Positions 22,589-35,982 of a DNA stretch of 64,000 bases are shown one piece after another; the stretch's first letter is position 1, and every line of letters starts with the position of its first letter. The position numbers and the translations under genes are program-made. The notes below the pieces were generated by a model, which did not search any database, was not told where the DNA came from, and worked only from the letters and a program-made list of their open reading frames with translations. Origin of the DNA: Azolla caroliniana (lineage: Eukaryota; Plantae; Polypodiophyta); the NCBI GenBank assembly GCA_043228905.1, contig JBHGNT010000034.1, forward strand, positions 1-64,000, written 5' to 3'.

Positions 22589-25156
22589 TTATCTCTTATT
22601 CCTACGCTCTTGTCCGTTGGTTACTATTCCGGCGGACAACACCTGGCACGCATGTGGGACAGTGCCCTGGCACGTCGGACCCATCCCGTTAATCCTCTTC
22701 CAAAATGGCCCGAATGTTTGGCTATGTTGGGTGCCCGCGTCCAGAGGTGACGTAGGGCCCGTAGGTGCATCGTGGTGTGGCTCCTCTGTTTGGTCAGGTT
22801 GGTTTCTCCCGGAGTCGCAGTCACCGTGCGTGGGCGGTCTGGGTACGGTGGGCTCTTCTTGAGCTAGTGGGTTGGGCTCTGCCGTTGTCGTGCTTGCAGT
22901 CGGTTGCGGCTCTGCCTCCATTGTTACGTCCTCCATGGTGTCAGCCGTTTTTGTACGTTTCGGGGAGTGGGGCGGTGATTCCGCCTGGCCCGCACCGTTC
23001 TCCGTGTGGTCCGATGATAGCGTGGGCTCGTGCAGATGAACCTCCTCTTGTGCAATGGTTTCGTTGTCTGGTACTTTGGGGGACTCCACTCGTCGGTCCG
23101 CGTTGTTCTCCATCGTTGTCATTTCTGGTGATCGGACCTGAGGTTCCTCTTCTTCGGCCGTGCCCGGAATTGGCGTCGCACTGGATTCCTCGTTTGTGTG
23201 CGTGTTGCCGGCTTGTGTGATCTGGTGAAATAGCTCCTCCTGGCTTTCACCAAAATCATCTAAGAGTTGCGCGAGTTCTTCGAAGTGTTGGTCCGCTAGC
23301 GCACGATAGTCTTGCGCTAGGTCCTCTCATACGGCCACAATGGTCTCCTCATTTAGTTCATAGAAACCTCAGCCGTCTTTTCGCCGGTTCTCCCAGTCCG
23401 CACGATACGCGTGCAATTCCGCTGCTTGGGTTGCCCACGCCATCCATCCTTTGTCCAACGCCGTTTTCAATTGCGCTGTGAACCTCTCCCGATTTGTTTG
23501 GAGAAGGATACACACGTTATTTGTGATGGCCTGACAACGGTTGCGTGCATCCTCCATCGACTTCTGGAGGTTTGCAATTTCTTGTTGTTTAACCGTCGCC
23601 GCTTCTTCATACGTGGCCTTCAGGCCCGCCCACAGTTGGGATTCCTTTGCATGTTGTTCTTCTAATTTCCCCATTTCATTGTTTGGGCGGATTTCGAGCT
23701 GATGCCTTCTTTCTTGTTCGACCACCAACTGCTCGTCGAACCATACCTTCTTTTTCTCTAATAAGGCCCGGAGTCCAGCGATTGCCGCCTCCGATTTCTT
23801 CGCGTCCTCCCGTAATTGGGCGTTTTCGTCCTTTGTCTGGATGTGCTGAGCTACCTTCGTAGCGAGTTTCTCTTCAAGGGTTTTTACTGCCTTCCGGCCG
23901 TTAGCCCGTATCTCCTTTTCTCTGTCTGAGGATTGGCGTAGTTCCGCTCGAAGGCGGTCAATTTCTGATTCCGCTAGTTGCACGGCCCTTTTCGCTTTTG
24001 AGGCGATGGCGGTCTAAGCCTCTATTTCTTCTTTTAAAGCGTCGATGGCGTGGTTTGGTGGCGGAGTTGCGTGTTGCGCCGTAGTCGCGTGAGCTTCCAA
24101 CTCCGCGATGCGTTTGTTGGCTTTTTGTAGTTCGACTTGGGTCAGTTTCACCTTCTTCCAGACATTGTTATTTTTTATGGCCATCTCCTTGGCGCCCGTG
24201 CTAACCTTTGCCAGTTCCTGATGGACTTCGACTAGGGCCGTGTTTAATGGGGCTATCTCCATCCCCACTTGGCGTACCCCAACGTTCCTCTGTCTGCCGA
24301 CCCTGGCTAGCCGGTCCTCATCGTCGCTCTCCGTCATGTGTGTTAGGGCGCGCTCGATCATCTGGCATTCTGCATGCTCTTCGGCCATTCATTGGGCGAC
24401 TTTTACCTGTTGTGTTGCCAGGAACTCCATGAGCTCAAAAGAAGTGTCGAACTGTAAGAGGGCGCTGAACTCATGGGCCGTATTCGGGATATCCAGATAT
24501 GCCAAAACCTCGCTTTCCGGCGTTAATACGACTTTCCCTCGTTGGGACTGGGTCGTAATGATCGGTCATGGCTCCCGGATGATTTCGAAGGTGGTATTGG
24601 GTTCCGTAGCTACGGAGCCATCGCCTTCGGTTGGTGTCTCTGTCGCCGTGGGGACGTCTTTGACCAACCCCCGCCCATCTTTCCTGTCCAATCTATGCCG
24701 TTTCGGTCTGGGGTTGCTTCCCCGAAATGTGCCGGTTGTTCCTCCTGTGTTATCCGTGTGTCCGGCTGGTCGGTAGTTGTTGTCGTCGGGTCTGGCTAGG
24801 CAGGTTGGGGTTCCTCTTCCCACTCTAGGGCCGCTAACTCCGCTAACCTGCGTTTCGCGGATCGGGGCAGGAGCGTGGGTCGACTGGGCTTCTGCGACCC
24901 GGATGTACCCATCCAAGCGTTTCTCCACGAGCAATTGGTGTAAGGCAGTAGAGATGAAGATCATCATCGCCATAGGAGATTCGTGGGAAGGAGACTGGTG
25001 GTTACGGTGGGCTGAAGCTCTGTGATAGGATGGAGGAGAAGGTGAGGGGGAGGAGCGATGGAAGCGCTAATAGCTAGAAGATGAGTTTATGTTTTGTGCA
25101 GAAAATCTTCTGTTTCCTTCTTTTTGTGGCTTAGGGTTCATTGGGTGGTGAGCCAT
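22589..25156 (-). pseudogene. Extra sense-strand ORF downstream of Gypsy pol, a long coiled-coil protein of unknown function
   Basis: ORF fragments starting at 24973, 24388, 23983 and 23122, and an upstream ATG at 25156, all share one reading frame broken by about 6 stops and no frameshift. Confidence 0.75.
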
Positions 25157-25326
25157 CGTGGTGCCGTGTGTTCTTGAACTAGGAGTTTGTGCATGCATTT
25201 AGTCGTTTTAATAGTCGCTATCTTCTCCTTCTTTCTTTCTTTTTCGTAATGGTTATCTACAACCTATTTTTACATTATGGTACAAATGGGGCCGTCCATT
25301 TACGCTGCGGGTTCTTCGGCTCTGTC

Positions 25327-28300
25327 CTATTCGGCGGTAAATGGGTTAGGTGGCGTAGGGCCTAGGTAAGGTTTGAGCCGAAACCCATTCACCTTTTGCC
25401 GGACTACTTCCCGTCTAGCATACCTAGTTCGAACGTGCCTTGTTCCGCTCCAATTATCCAGTATGGGCCAGTCCAGCGGAATCGTAACTTCCCCCGGCAT
25501 ATGGCCCATGCGAGTTTGGAAAACCAGCACCGCTCGACCCAGAACGAACTCCTTTTCCCTTGCGTTCCGATGTCGATCCACAAACGCTTTACACCGTCGT
25601 TGTTCCTGCTCCAACACAGCCATGCTGTGGACACGTTTTTCCCCTAGTTCGAGGAGTTGGTGGAGTCGTACCTCCTCCGACTTGGCTTCTGATAGTCGGT
25701 TTCGTACCTGAATTCGCAAACTAGGTACCTGAAATTCGACCGGCATCACAGCCTCCAGCCCAACTGCTAGTCGAAACGGTGTTGACTGTATGCTTGTTTT
25801 GTAGCTAGTTTTGTACGCTCATAACGCACTCTGTAGTTTGGTATCCCAGTCCGTTCTATTTTCATTAACGATTTTCTTCAAAATGGTCTGCAACTTCTTG
25901 TTGGTGGATTCTGCTAATCAGTTCGCCTGCGGATAATATGGCGTACTCTTCTTATGGACTACGGCGTAATGATGTGTTAGTTCTCGAACAACCGTATTGA
26001 GAAAGTGGCTCCCCTGGTCACTGATAAACTCAATCAGACAACCGAACTGGCACCGGATGTGCTCGTAAAGGAATCTGGCTGTGACGGTCGCCGTATTTTC
26101 ACGTAGTGCCTTTGCTTCTACCCATTTGGTGCAATAATCCGTGGCTACCAATATGTATTTATTGCTCGTACAAGTTGCCACCGGTGTGAAGGGCCCCACA
26201 AAATCCAATCCCCACTTTTGGAAGGGGTCTAGCGGTAATACGAGCTGGTGTGGCATCCTTGCGCCCTTCGCGGGTTGTCCCATCCGTTGACACAAATCAC
26301 ACTTTTTACAATACGTGGATACGTCCTTCTACGTTGTTGGCCACCATAAGCCCGCCTGTCATACTTTCTGGGCTGTAACATTGCCCGCGTAATGGCCGCC
26401 TGCCGTGCCGCAGTGTGCCTCCCATAAAACTGCTTCCTTCTCATCCTGACGTACCCCACGTCACCAAATGCCGTCACTTCCTTTGTGATATAAAACGCCT
26501 TCGACGAGGCAGAAGTGACGGCTTCAGACGGCTAGTCGTTTCTTCTCATTCGTGTGTAATTGTGGTGGAGGCAGTCCCGTAATAAAAAAAGTACGTCATT
26601 TCCATAAGCCACCGATCCGGAAAGGTCGAATCTGTTCTTTCTGCTAGTGTCGCTACCCGTAGGATATCGGCGTCCAGAAAATCGTTGTCATCTTTCTGTA
26701 TTGTTTATCCATTCTCGAGTTTGCCCAAAAAATCCGCCATTGCGTGTTGCGTCCCTGGTCGGTGTTGGATTACGAAATCGAATTCCTGGAGCAACAGCAT
26801 CCATCGCGCCAATTTCCCTGTAAGGGCTTGTTTCTCCACCAAATACAGTAGCGCCGAATGATCCACGTGGAACGTGAATTTCCTTCCTAATAAATAGTGC
26901 TGGAATTTATTGATGTTATAGATCATCCCTAGCGCCTCCCGCTCCGTTGTGGAGTAGTTACGCGCTGTTGTTGATAATTTGCAACTAGCGTAGTATACTG
27001 GCCGGTACCAGCTTGGTTCGGTGAGCTGCATTAGTGCACTTCCTATTGCTATGTCTGAGGCGTCGACGAACACGTGGAATGGCTTCGCCCAAACTGGTGG
27101 TTGTACGACAGGAGCCTGTGTGAGCATTATCTTAAGTGCCTCATAGGCCTTATCCTTCGTTGCAATCCATTGGAAAGGAGTCTGATGTACGGCAGCGTGT
27201 AACGGCGTGGCGAAGTCCGCCAAATATCGTATCATCTGACTATGCCACCGTATTTGTCCTAAAAACTGGCTGAGCGATTTGGCGTTTGTCAGAGTTTTGG
27301 CTTGCGTAATCGCGGAGATTTTGTTCGGGTCAACCGTTATTCCCTCCTTGCTGACTATATGGCCCAGGAGAGTCCCATTGGTCACGCCGAAAGCACATTT
27401 CACGGGATTCAGGCTTAAGCGTGCGGTGCAGCAACGTTCCAGGCATAGTTGTAAGTGCGAAAAATCGTCTATTGTTCTCCCATATACCGCAAAGTCATCT
27501 AAAAATACTTGCATGAACGCCGGAATGTATTCCCCAAAGATCTCCGTAATTGTCCGTTGAAATGTTGCCAGCACCATCTTTAGCCCGAACATCATGACGA
27601 CTGCCACATATACTCCCCAGTCCGTGACAAATGCTGTCTTTTCTTGGTCCTCGGGATGCACGCGTACCTGGTTATAGCCACTGAAGCCATCTAAAAAACT
27701 GTACATCTCATGGCCTACGACGACGTCCAGTACGCTATCGGTGAAGGGTAAGGGAAATGCGTCTGTAATGGTGACGGCGTTTAATTTTCGGTAATCTACG
27801 CATACCCGTATTTTGCCGTTTTTCTTTGGAATGACCACTATCGAGCTTAACCATGTTGCTTGTTTAATTGGTCGTATGAACCCCACCTTCAGGAGCTTGT
27901 CAATTTCTTCTTTCACGCGGGTCGCGTAGTTGGGGTTCATGTGGTAGCGGCGCTGCTGGACGGGTTTCACGTCGGTTGCTAAATTGATCTTATGCTGATA
28001 GAACTTGGGATCTAACCCCTTCATGTCCACGTGAGCCCAAGCGAACACATCCTTATATTCCGTGAGTAGTGCGATCATCGTGTTTCTTTGGTCCGGCCTT
28101 AATTCCTTTGCGATGGAGAGGAAACGAGGCTCTGATTCCGTACCCACATTTACTTCTTCAAGGGCGGAAGCGGTGACTCGTCGTGAAATCTCCATTTCCC
28201 TTTCGAATGCCGCTCGTGCTCTGCTGAGTTCCAATATGGACTCTGGGTTTGGTTCCTAAGGCTTGTCGTGGAGAACAGTGGCCGTGGCATATTCTGCCGC

Positions 28301-30423
28301 GGTTGCGATGTCGTCTATTTCAAACTGCGGAATAATCTGAGGGTGCTCGTCGAGGTATGCCTCTAATTTTGCATCCTCCACCCTAGCCAACATATTTATA
28401 TCTTCTGCGTATAATGGTGTTATACCCGTGGGTTGTGGCGTGCTTCCTTCTGTAGGTACGCGAACCTTGGTGTGTCCACGTCGGAAACTGATACACTTGT
28501 GTTGCCAGTTGTGCTTGATATTTGCTGCCCGAAGCCATGGTCTGCCCAGAAGAATTGGGTATGCCCTTGGGGCGTCCAAGGCGAGGACGACCGCCGAGAT
28601 GTCGAATCGGTGTCCGCCCACAATAATGCCTATTTTGCAAATTAACCCCAATGGTCATACTGAGCGGGTATCTGCCATTTGGAGCCAAAATGGGCAAGCC
28701 TCCCATTCTGAAATGCCTAACTGCTCGCAAGTTTTCGCGCTAAGTATATTGACGCCTGAGCCGTCGTCGATTACGCATCTAGGAATTTCTTGTCTGTGTA
28801 ATATTAATGTAATAGTTGGGTTGTGTTGATCCACTACTGGCGGTCCATCGCTAACATCTGTAAGGTTTGTAGCGATATTCACCCCGGGTATGCCTGTCAC
28901 CCATTCTTCCATGGTCTGGCGGAAGTGTGGGACTAGTTGCAACAATTCCTCCATGGTTAACGTTATCTCACAGGCCGCTAACGCCTGCCAAATGGGGTCT
29001 GGGACCGGTCTTTTGTCCTCTACTCGTTCCATTGTGTTCACGGACTCCTTCCGCATGCGTTCCGTATTTGTCGCGTTTGCTTTTTCCACCCACGCTTGGG
29101 CTTGTCGGCGTAGCTCGTCTTGCGCAGCCCAATCAGCCGTTTTTGTTTGCTAGCGTGTCGTGACTTGCTGCACTTCTGCCGTAATCGTATTGACAGCGGG
29201 CCCCTTTCCCTTGCGTGTTGGGCATTGCATGGCATAATGTCTAGATTGCTGACAAATAAAACAATGGATGCTTGATTCACCCTTCTCGGCTCCTAGTGGC
29301 GTGTGCCGCTCCCCTGGTGCTACTTGCTCCTCGCGGTCCGGCCTCGTTTGTCGGAACGTACGCGGTGGCTGTTATTGGTCCCGTCGTTGTTCCTGGTGCC
29401 GCTCATCTCCCGAGCTTTCGTCGTAACGCCGGTGATCTCGATATTGCCGTGGCTTACCACGATAACCATTGAAGCCGCCCCGTTTGTTTGTCGGCCGGTG
29501 GTTCTCGTAGCGCCGACCCCCTTTGGCATAACTCGGATGTCCACGATAATCCTCATCCTCTGGTTTGTCCTCCTCGGAATCGTTGTGATTTCGGCGATTC
29601 CGGTGGTGCCGGTCATCCCGTGGGTTGCGATCCCTATACCGTGGTCGGTCTTCTTGCCTCCTTTGTTCAGTCTGGTGTGGTGGACATTGCGTGTCCATGC
29701 TGCGGACTACAGGAGTGGCTCTGTTCAACATATTGTATTCGCATTGGTCGATTGTGTGAGCCTTCGAGTGGCAGATTGAGCAATGGATTGCATATTGCAC
29801 TCCACTGCAAAATGCCCCGAGTTCAAGCAAATCGTGCACTGGATTGCTTAACGAAACTGGCGTTCCTCGTCCTGAGGTAACGCTTGTCGTAAGGAGGACA
29901 TAGAAAACCTTTCCTCCTCGTCATCCAACTCGAGCTGTAACGCTCGTTCAATTACCATATCTGTCGTCTCCCCTTTCACGCTATTGTTGTTGAGCGTTGC
30001 CCGGATGGGTCGGCGTAAAGCTGCCAGAAATGTTTCCCGAGCCTCGTCCTCCGTAGGGCTTCGTTCCAGTTTCCGTCGTAAATTTTGGAAACGTAAGTTG
30101 AAGTCTGCTATCGTCTCGGTCGGCAGTTGCTTAATCGTGTAAAACTGCCCGAGGATTTCGTGTTGTGGAACCCTCCGATGGAAGAACCGCAAGAAAGCGG
30201 ACTGCAGCTGATCGAAGGTTGTTATTGCTGGTAAATCCATCTGCGAATGCCAAAACGCCGTTCGCTCATCCAATGTTAACCCGAACTCCGTCATTTCCAA
30301 CTGGTGTGCTACCGCCTCCGAAAGGCTCTGCGCCATGTGTTTCGCATTCCAGACATTCAGGAACATGCGAATATGAGTTGCGGCGTCGGTTTCGCCGTTA
30401 AAGCGGGGGTAGGCAAAGGCCAT
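25327..30423 (-). pseudogene. Gypsy gag-pol with stops and frameshifts
   Basis: Retrotransposon gag (FDQLQSAFLRFF..IKQLPTETIADFNLRF), Cys/His knuckles (CSICHSKAHTIDQC), protease CVIDDGSGVNIL, RT RVCVDYRKLN / FLDGFSGYNQ / FLDDF, RNase H FVDASDIAIGSAL, integrase WGLDFVGP / ISDQGSHF / YYPQAN. Confidence 0.93.
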
Positions 30424-30711
30424 GGTGGGGGCTACGACGGGTCGGGAAAGACCACAGGGTGGTTGTGGTGAGTGTAGTCCCCGCGTCTCGTCGAGGTATT
30501 TGGAGAGCGAAGAATCACCTTTGTACTCACGGCAGGTAGTACTGAGGTTGCTGAGGCGAGGCTTTTGCCATGCACGTTCTTCTGCCTAGCATGTGACGGA
30601 CCTTGTTATTGGTCGGTCTTGTCGTGTTGGTTCTTTAGGGCGTCTACGGCTAAACATCCATTCGTCGTTGCTCATATGTGAGAAGACACAGATCACCAAG
30701 CGTGCCAAAAG

Positions 30712-31151
30712 TGTTGCCGATTAGGAACACAATCCGCGATCAGTCCTTCGACCTAGACCTCCAAGTGGGTGTGGAACAACGAATAGGCATCTAAGCGTAA
30801 TGTGTAGGGGAATGTTCCCTGTAACCTATTAGTGTATAAGGGAGACAGCTACAACCGAATCCTTAGCAAGGGTTACACTTACGTTCTTACACACTCAGGT
30901 CTTCAAGACACACACAGTGGATTAGCCATAGCTATACACAGAGAATCAGAGAAGATAGAATTCTATTATGAGACGTTTCTTTACATTCCCAAAATTACAC
31001 GCTACCTCTATCCGAGGTTTTCTACCCTTTATATACGCAGGGTCTATTTAGCCGTTCACGCTTCCTGCGTGAACCGTTACATGCGTTATGATCTTATATT
31101 ATCTCTTATTCCTACGCTCTTGTCCGTCGGTTACTATTCCGGCAGACAACA
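30712..31151 (-). repeat. Gypsy 5' LTR
   Basis: Direct repeat of 22247-22641 with 5-bp terminal inverted repeats; minus-strand TATATAAA near 31035-31028. Confidence 0.93.
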
Positions 31152-31199
31152 ACAAGTTTTTCTGTTTCGTCAAAATGGATGAGCTCATTAAATCTGAAA

Positions 31200-32160
31200 A
31201 TGATAATATTTTTACACATGGCTTTCAAATGTGGTGCTTTGGACCTCACTCATTAGAGGATATGTAGAGAATGGCCAAGGTGGACATGCACGTGTTATTA
31301 GCAAAGGCTAATGAATGGATGTGGTGATAACCAAGTAAGGATTACTTGGAAGTAATGTGATTGTTTGAACTGTCTTGTTGAACATGGATATGAAATGTGG
31401 CTTTCTTGCGGAGACACTCAAGTCCGCATTGATTTCAAGATAGGTTGAAAATAGGTGGGTTGAGGATGCTTTTATATGGCACTTACGTATGCATTCGGAA
31501 GGTATATCTCTGAATGTCATTGCATTGTTTGTGTCTTGAAAATGTCGATGTTCATGACAAAAAACATGTGGAAGTTTTCAAGCAGTAGAAAATAGATAAG
31601 AAGTGCACAGTCATATCTGAAAATAGGGTTTGGAATATGCATCCTCAACTCAAAAACTAATGATGGTTCTGTATATTGTGGAAGGTTAAATGTGGTAGCT
31701 TGTTCTTTCATGATATTATGCTATGCTGATAAGGCAATTAAACTATTTAAAGAGATGAGAAAGAATGGAGATACAACTAAATGAAGTGGCTTCAAAAGAC
31801 TTCCATTACAGAATATAGTCTCTTGGACCACACTGATTTCAAGATAGGTTGAAAACAGAAATCCATTTCTTCTTATGAGATGGATGGAGTCATTATCCTT
31901 GAAATCTTGTATTCAAGATGTGTTTTTTATGTTCGAACACATTTGATTTAAAAGAAGGAAGAGAACTCCATATTGCCATTACTTAGCTAGGTATCAACTT
32001 GGATATGGTCATTAGAAGCACTCTAGTTGATATGTATGCAACATGTGGAAGTGTATCAGATGCATATAAATTGTTCGATGGGCTGAGATCCCTCAAGATG
32101 GGTGCCGATCACAGGGCTTTACATGAAGGCATGCTCATACATGCTGAAATCATGTCTTAC
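31200..32160 (+). pseudogene. Degenerate PLS-class PPR pseudogene, 3' fragments
   Basis: NVVLWTSLIRGYVENGQG, NIVSWTTLIS and DMVIRSTLVDMYATCGSVSDAYKLFDGL motifs among many stops and frameshifts. Confidence 0.75.
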
Positions 32161-33853
32161 ACAAGACGTGTCGGGGAAGAAGGATAGTCACTTCCTTTCC
32201 ATCTATTTTGTATTTTGTACCTGATATGCTTTTTAAAACTAATGGAAGGATATGTTTTCTGGAAATTCATAACAAACAATGCTAACAAATACATATATAC
32301 AATGACATAATTGAGGAGTATATAGAATGTCATGTGTCTAAACAATTTGGAACCACTTATGTATATGTACTTTCATCCAAACATTTGGATGGATATCTTT
32401 TGGATGAGAATTTGTCCACAAACTAGTCATTATCACCATCATGTTGTAATACACATGCGCCAACCTAACCACAATTATATATATGAATTTTGTTGTTCAA
32501 ATATATCCATAAACAAGTTTTCATAGTTATTGTTAAATTTCATAGAGTTTATGGGTTTGTAATCTATAATCTATAAATTTGAGGTCTTCATTATCAATGC
32601 ATGCAAATGACTTCCATTTCTACATTCTTTATTAATCAGAGTAAAAAAACTAGTAGCTTTTAACTAGAGGTGCATTGCCAATGCTCTCACTTTTGGAAAC
32701 AAAATTTTAGTCATTCAACAAGTTTGATGGATTGTGGATATTGTTGCCAATTCACACTTTGTAACGGCCCCTTGATCTTATCCATCCACATGTGTGTTGT
32801 GGTTTTGATTATGTTTGCAATCAAATTAATTCTACATTGATTCTATGATAATTCTTTAGACACTATACACTACATTCAAGGTTGGAAGCAAGCATGTTGT
32901 GAGATGAAGCTTTCCTAGTTCTTCCAACGTAGACTCCTAGCTCTAATAAGATTTAAAACATACGGTGGATGTGTGCGCTCAATCACAAAGAAATAATAAC
33001 TTAAGTTATAATATGTTATAAAGCAATAGCTGATTATGAAAGAATTGATTACAAGCAAGTTCTTCAAACATCCTCATGATAGATATAATCTTCTAAAACT
33101 CCAATACTTATTCTCTTTAACTCTTCCTCGTTGGATGATGATGAACACTTTATTCGTACATATAGGTGTTAGCCAATTTACTTTTGTTATTTCCTCTAGT
33201 TTTTCATTTTTTCTTCCACAAAATCATTTTCCTAGCTTTACCTTTTTGCCTCTTTTGATTTTCAATTTACACAAATGCAATCCAAATATGTTGATAAGGT
33301 AACACAATCTCATTGTAAGTTGAACCATCAACTCAAATATTAAGAATATTACCTCAACTATTAAACTAGCTTGATAATACATAACTTGACATTCTCAGAA
33401 GGAAATTAAAATGATGTAGATACAAAAACTATCTTAACATTTAAAACACAAATTTCATAAGCCTATACAACTATGTAGCCAATTTCGTGTGGAGTATCGA
33501 TGACTTTAATTTTTTCACAAAAACATCAACATATGGGTGGTGCCAAACCTATTATGATCAATTTTGATTGTTATGTTATTAGCCACAAATACACCCTAAG
33601 ATATCACCTATAGCAAAGTGCATAATGTATCATGCATGTAGGAAAAGTAGTAAACACGCCAACATAAGCAAGCCTTGTACATGTGGGGAGGGTGTCACAT
33701 AGCGGTGGAATAGTGGTGTCCATAATTATAAGAGTCACCAATATCAAATACATCCTTTACATCATTGTGAGCAACCTTGAAACCCATTTCTAGCTTTCTG
33801 TGCCTTGAAATGTTGAACCCAATACAAAGCAAGAATGTCAAAATATATTTAGC

Positions 33854-34071
33854 CACATCTTACATCACACCATGAGCTTTTGCTCGCTCAAAGCCCTTAC
33901 ACTTCTTTTAAACTACTTGCCACGATTTGTAAAGAACTTAAGGTTGTTCCATGGAGGATCAACAACATCTTACAGCCCCCCATGAGCTTTTGCTCATTCA
34001 AAGCCCTTACGCTTCTTTTAAACTAGTGGCCACAAGATGTAAAGAATTTAAGGTTGTTCCATGGAGGATCA
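33854..34071. repeat. ~110-bp tandem duplication
   Basis: acatcttaca..ccatgagcttttgctc..aaagcccttac..aaggttgttccatggaggatca occurs twice. Confidence 0.85.
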
Positions 34072-35762
34072 CATGTATTACACAATAGAAATATGAAAAT
34101 TGTGTGTATGAGAGAGCGAGAGTGAGTGAGAGTACACAAGCTTAACAAAGACAATGTTTCAAACAAAATCGAGGATAAATCTATATGTGTGTATTTGTAT
34201 ATATAGCTCAACTAGAAATCAAGGATAATCAACAGTAGTGACTAGATACAAAAGAGGGGCATGGGTTATATAGGTTAAACATCATTTGTGTACTTCTCAC
34301 ATAAGTCTAAACCAATATTTCATGATGTTTGCGTCAGTAGAATATCTTTAGTGTCCATTTAATTCAATACAAGGTATCTACAATGCATTTATTACAACAT
34401 TTGGCTTTAACACACACATGCCCCAATGAGTTTGTGTGCAGTTTGACCTCGATATCTCTAAACGTCCCTTCAAGCTCAACGTTGGCATATGATCATTTGT
34501 ATGACAAGGTTGGATTTTTTTTTCTCTTATTAGAACTCCCCTCAAGCTCGATGGGTTAGGTGAATGTTAGATAGATGTCATTGAAAAAACAATGTGATTT
34601 GTTGATGTCAATTGTTGTCATCTTGTGACTATATTTATAGACTAGTGATCAATATTGATATGGTGAAAAAATGATGAGGTCTTGGATTCCCTTTTCATAG
34701 GGAGCTTGCATCTCCCTGTGCATGGCCTCCATCCATTAACATTTTGTAAGCCACTTTTGTGAAGATTCTGGCCTGGAAACAATTGTTGTCATCACTACAA
34801 AGGTGTAGTGTAGTATCATGAAGCCTTTGATACTCGAATTCGATGAGTAGATTCTTCTCTTGGGCTAAGAAACAATTATGGCAACTTATTTCCCTTGGAC
34901 TATTGTGTTGAGAGTTGTATTGTTGCATGTTGTTTCCATGTCGGCCTCGAGGCAAGAAAGTGATATAATGCGTCTTTGCACGCATTACTGGCTACACTTT
35001 TTTCCATGGATGGACTCATGGAACTCATCATCAGAGGGAATAGTATCATGAACACATAAAAATCCATAAGTTTTGCAAGATTAAACGATGACCTCCTCAA
35101 TATACACCTCAAACCTTAGCCATTACAATGTGAAGAGACACAAGATAGATAGAATATTGATAGAAGGTAAAAGACTCAAATGTATATTAACAAGGAATAA
35201 GAAAAATAAACTAATAACAACCAAGTACAAAGGAAGGAGGGAGGTGCTTTATATAAAGTCACCCTCTCTCTACGTTCTCTCACTGACACTCACTCCCTTT
35301 AGCAACTATAGAAATTCATTTGTCATGGGGAATGTGGAAACTCATTAGTTATGTGTCACAAAATATGATTCTATGACACCTATTAATGTTTAGAAGGTAG
35401 TGGTGACCTTTGACCTTTGAGTATACACACATTCTCAAAAGGTGTATTCACAAGTAGACTAGGTTGAGTTTGATTCTCAACACCCCCCTTCAAGCTCAAC
35501 CATGTCATGACTGAGTCAACTGTCAGGTCGACTATCACTCCCCCTCAAGCTTGGCAAGTCGTAGTTCGAAAAACCAAGCTCGGTCGAAAATTGCCGACGC
35601 TTGTCGGTTCCCAAAGCCTTCGTAAGATGTCGGTTGTCTGAAGATTGGTGTTGATGTGCTAAAGTTCGACATTCCCTGCGAGGACACATTCTCAAATAAA
35701 GTGGTAGTGCACCTCAATATGCTTTGTCCGAGCATGGAAGACGGGGTTTCGAGCAAGATGGA

Positions 35763-35938
35763 TGTCGAATACATGTGTATAATGGACGTATTCACACTAT
35801 CTCGTTTTGGCCATTTATGTAATTAGCATAAAGGGTAGTTGCCCTAAGTCAGTCACTATATATAGTGACCTTGTAACCTCTTTGTGAGGTTGGTTGTTGT
35901 ATTGTTGCTTTGTGAAATAAAGAGTCTTTTGTGTGTGT

Positions 35939-35982
<44 letters not shown>

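Larger units (their letters stand above)
22247..31151 (-). mobile_element. Ty3/Gypsy non-chromovirus (Athila/Tat-related) LTR retrotransposon with an extra 3' ORF
   Basis: 5' LTR at 30712-31151 (TGTTG..CAACA); 3' LTR at 22247-22641 lacks about 29 terminal bp; minus-strand PBS TGGCACGCTTGGTG at 30707-30694; domain order gag-PR-RT-RH-INT; no chromodomain seen; TSD not recoverable. Confidence 0.93.

Noticed and set aside
32600-35100. Possible very old LINE/Copia debris, including PPT-like CCCCTCAAGCTC near 34540
   Set aside because: No pair of boundaries, TSD or convincing protein motif could be established.
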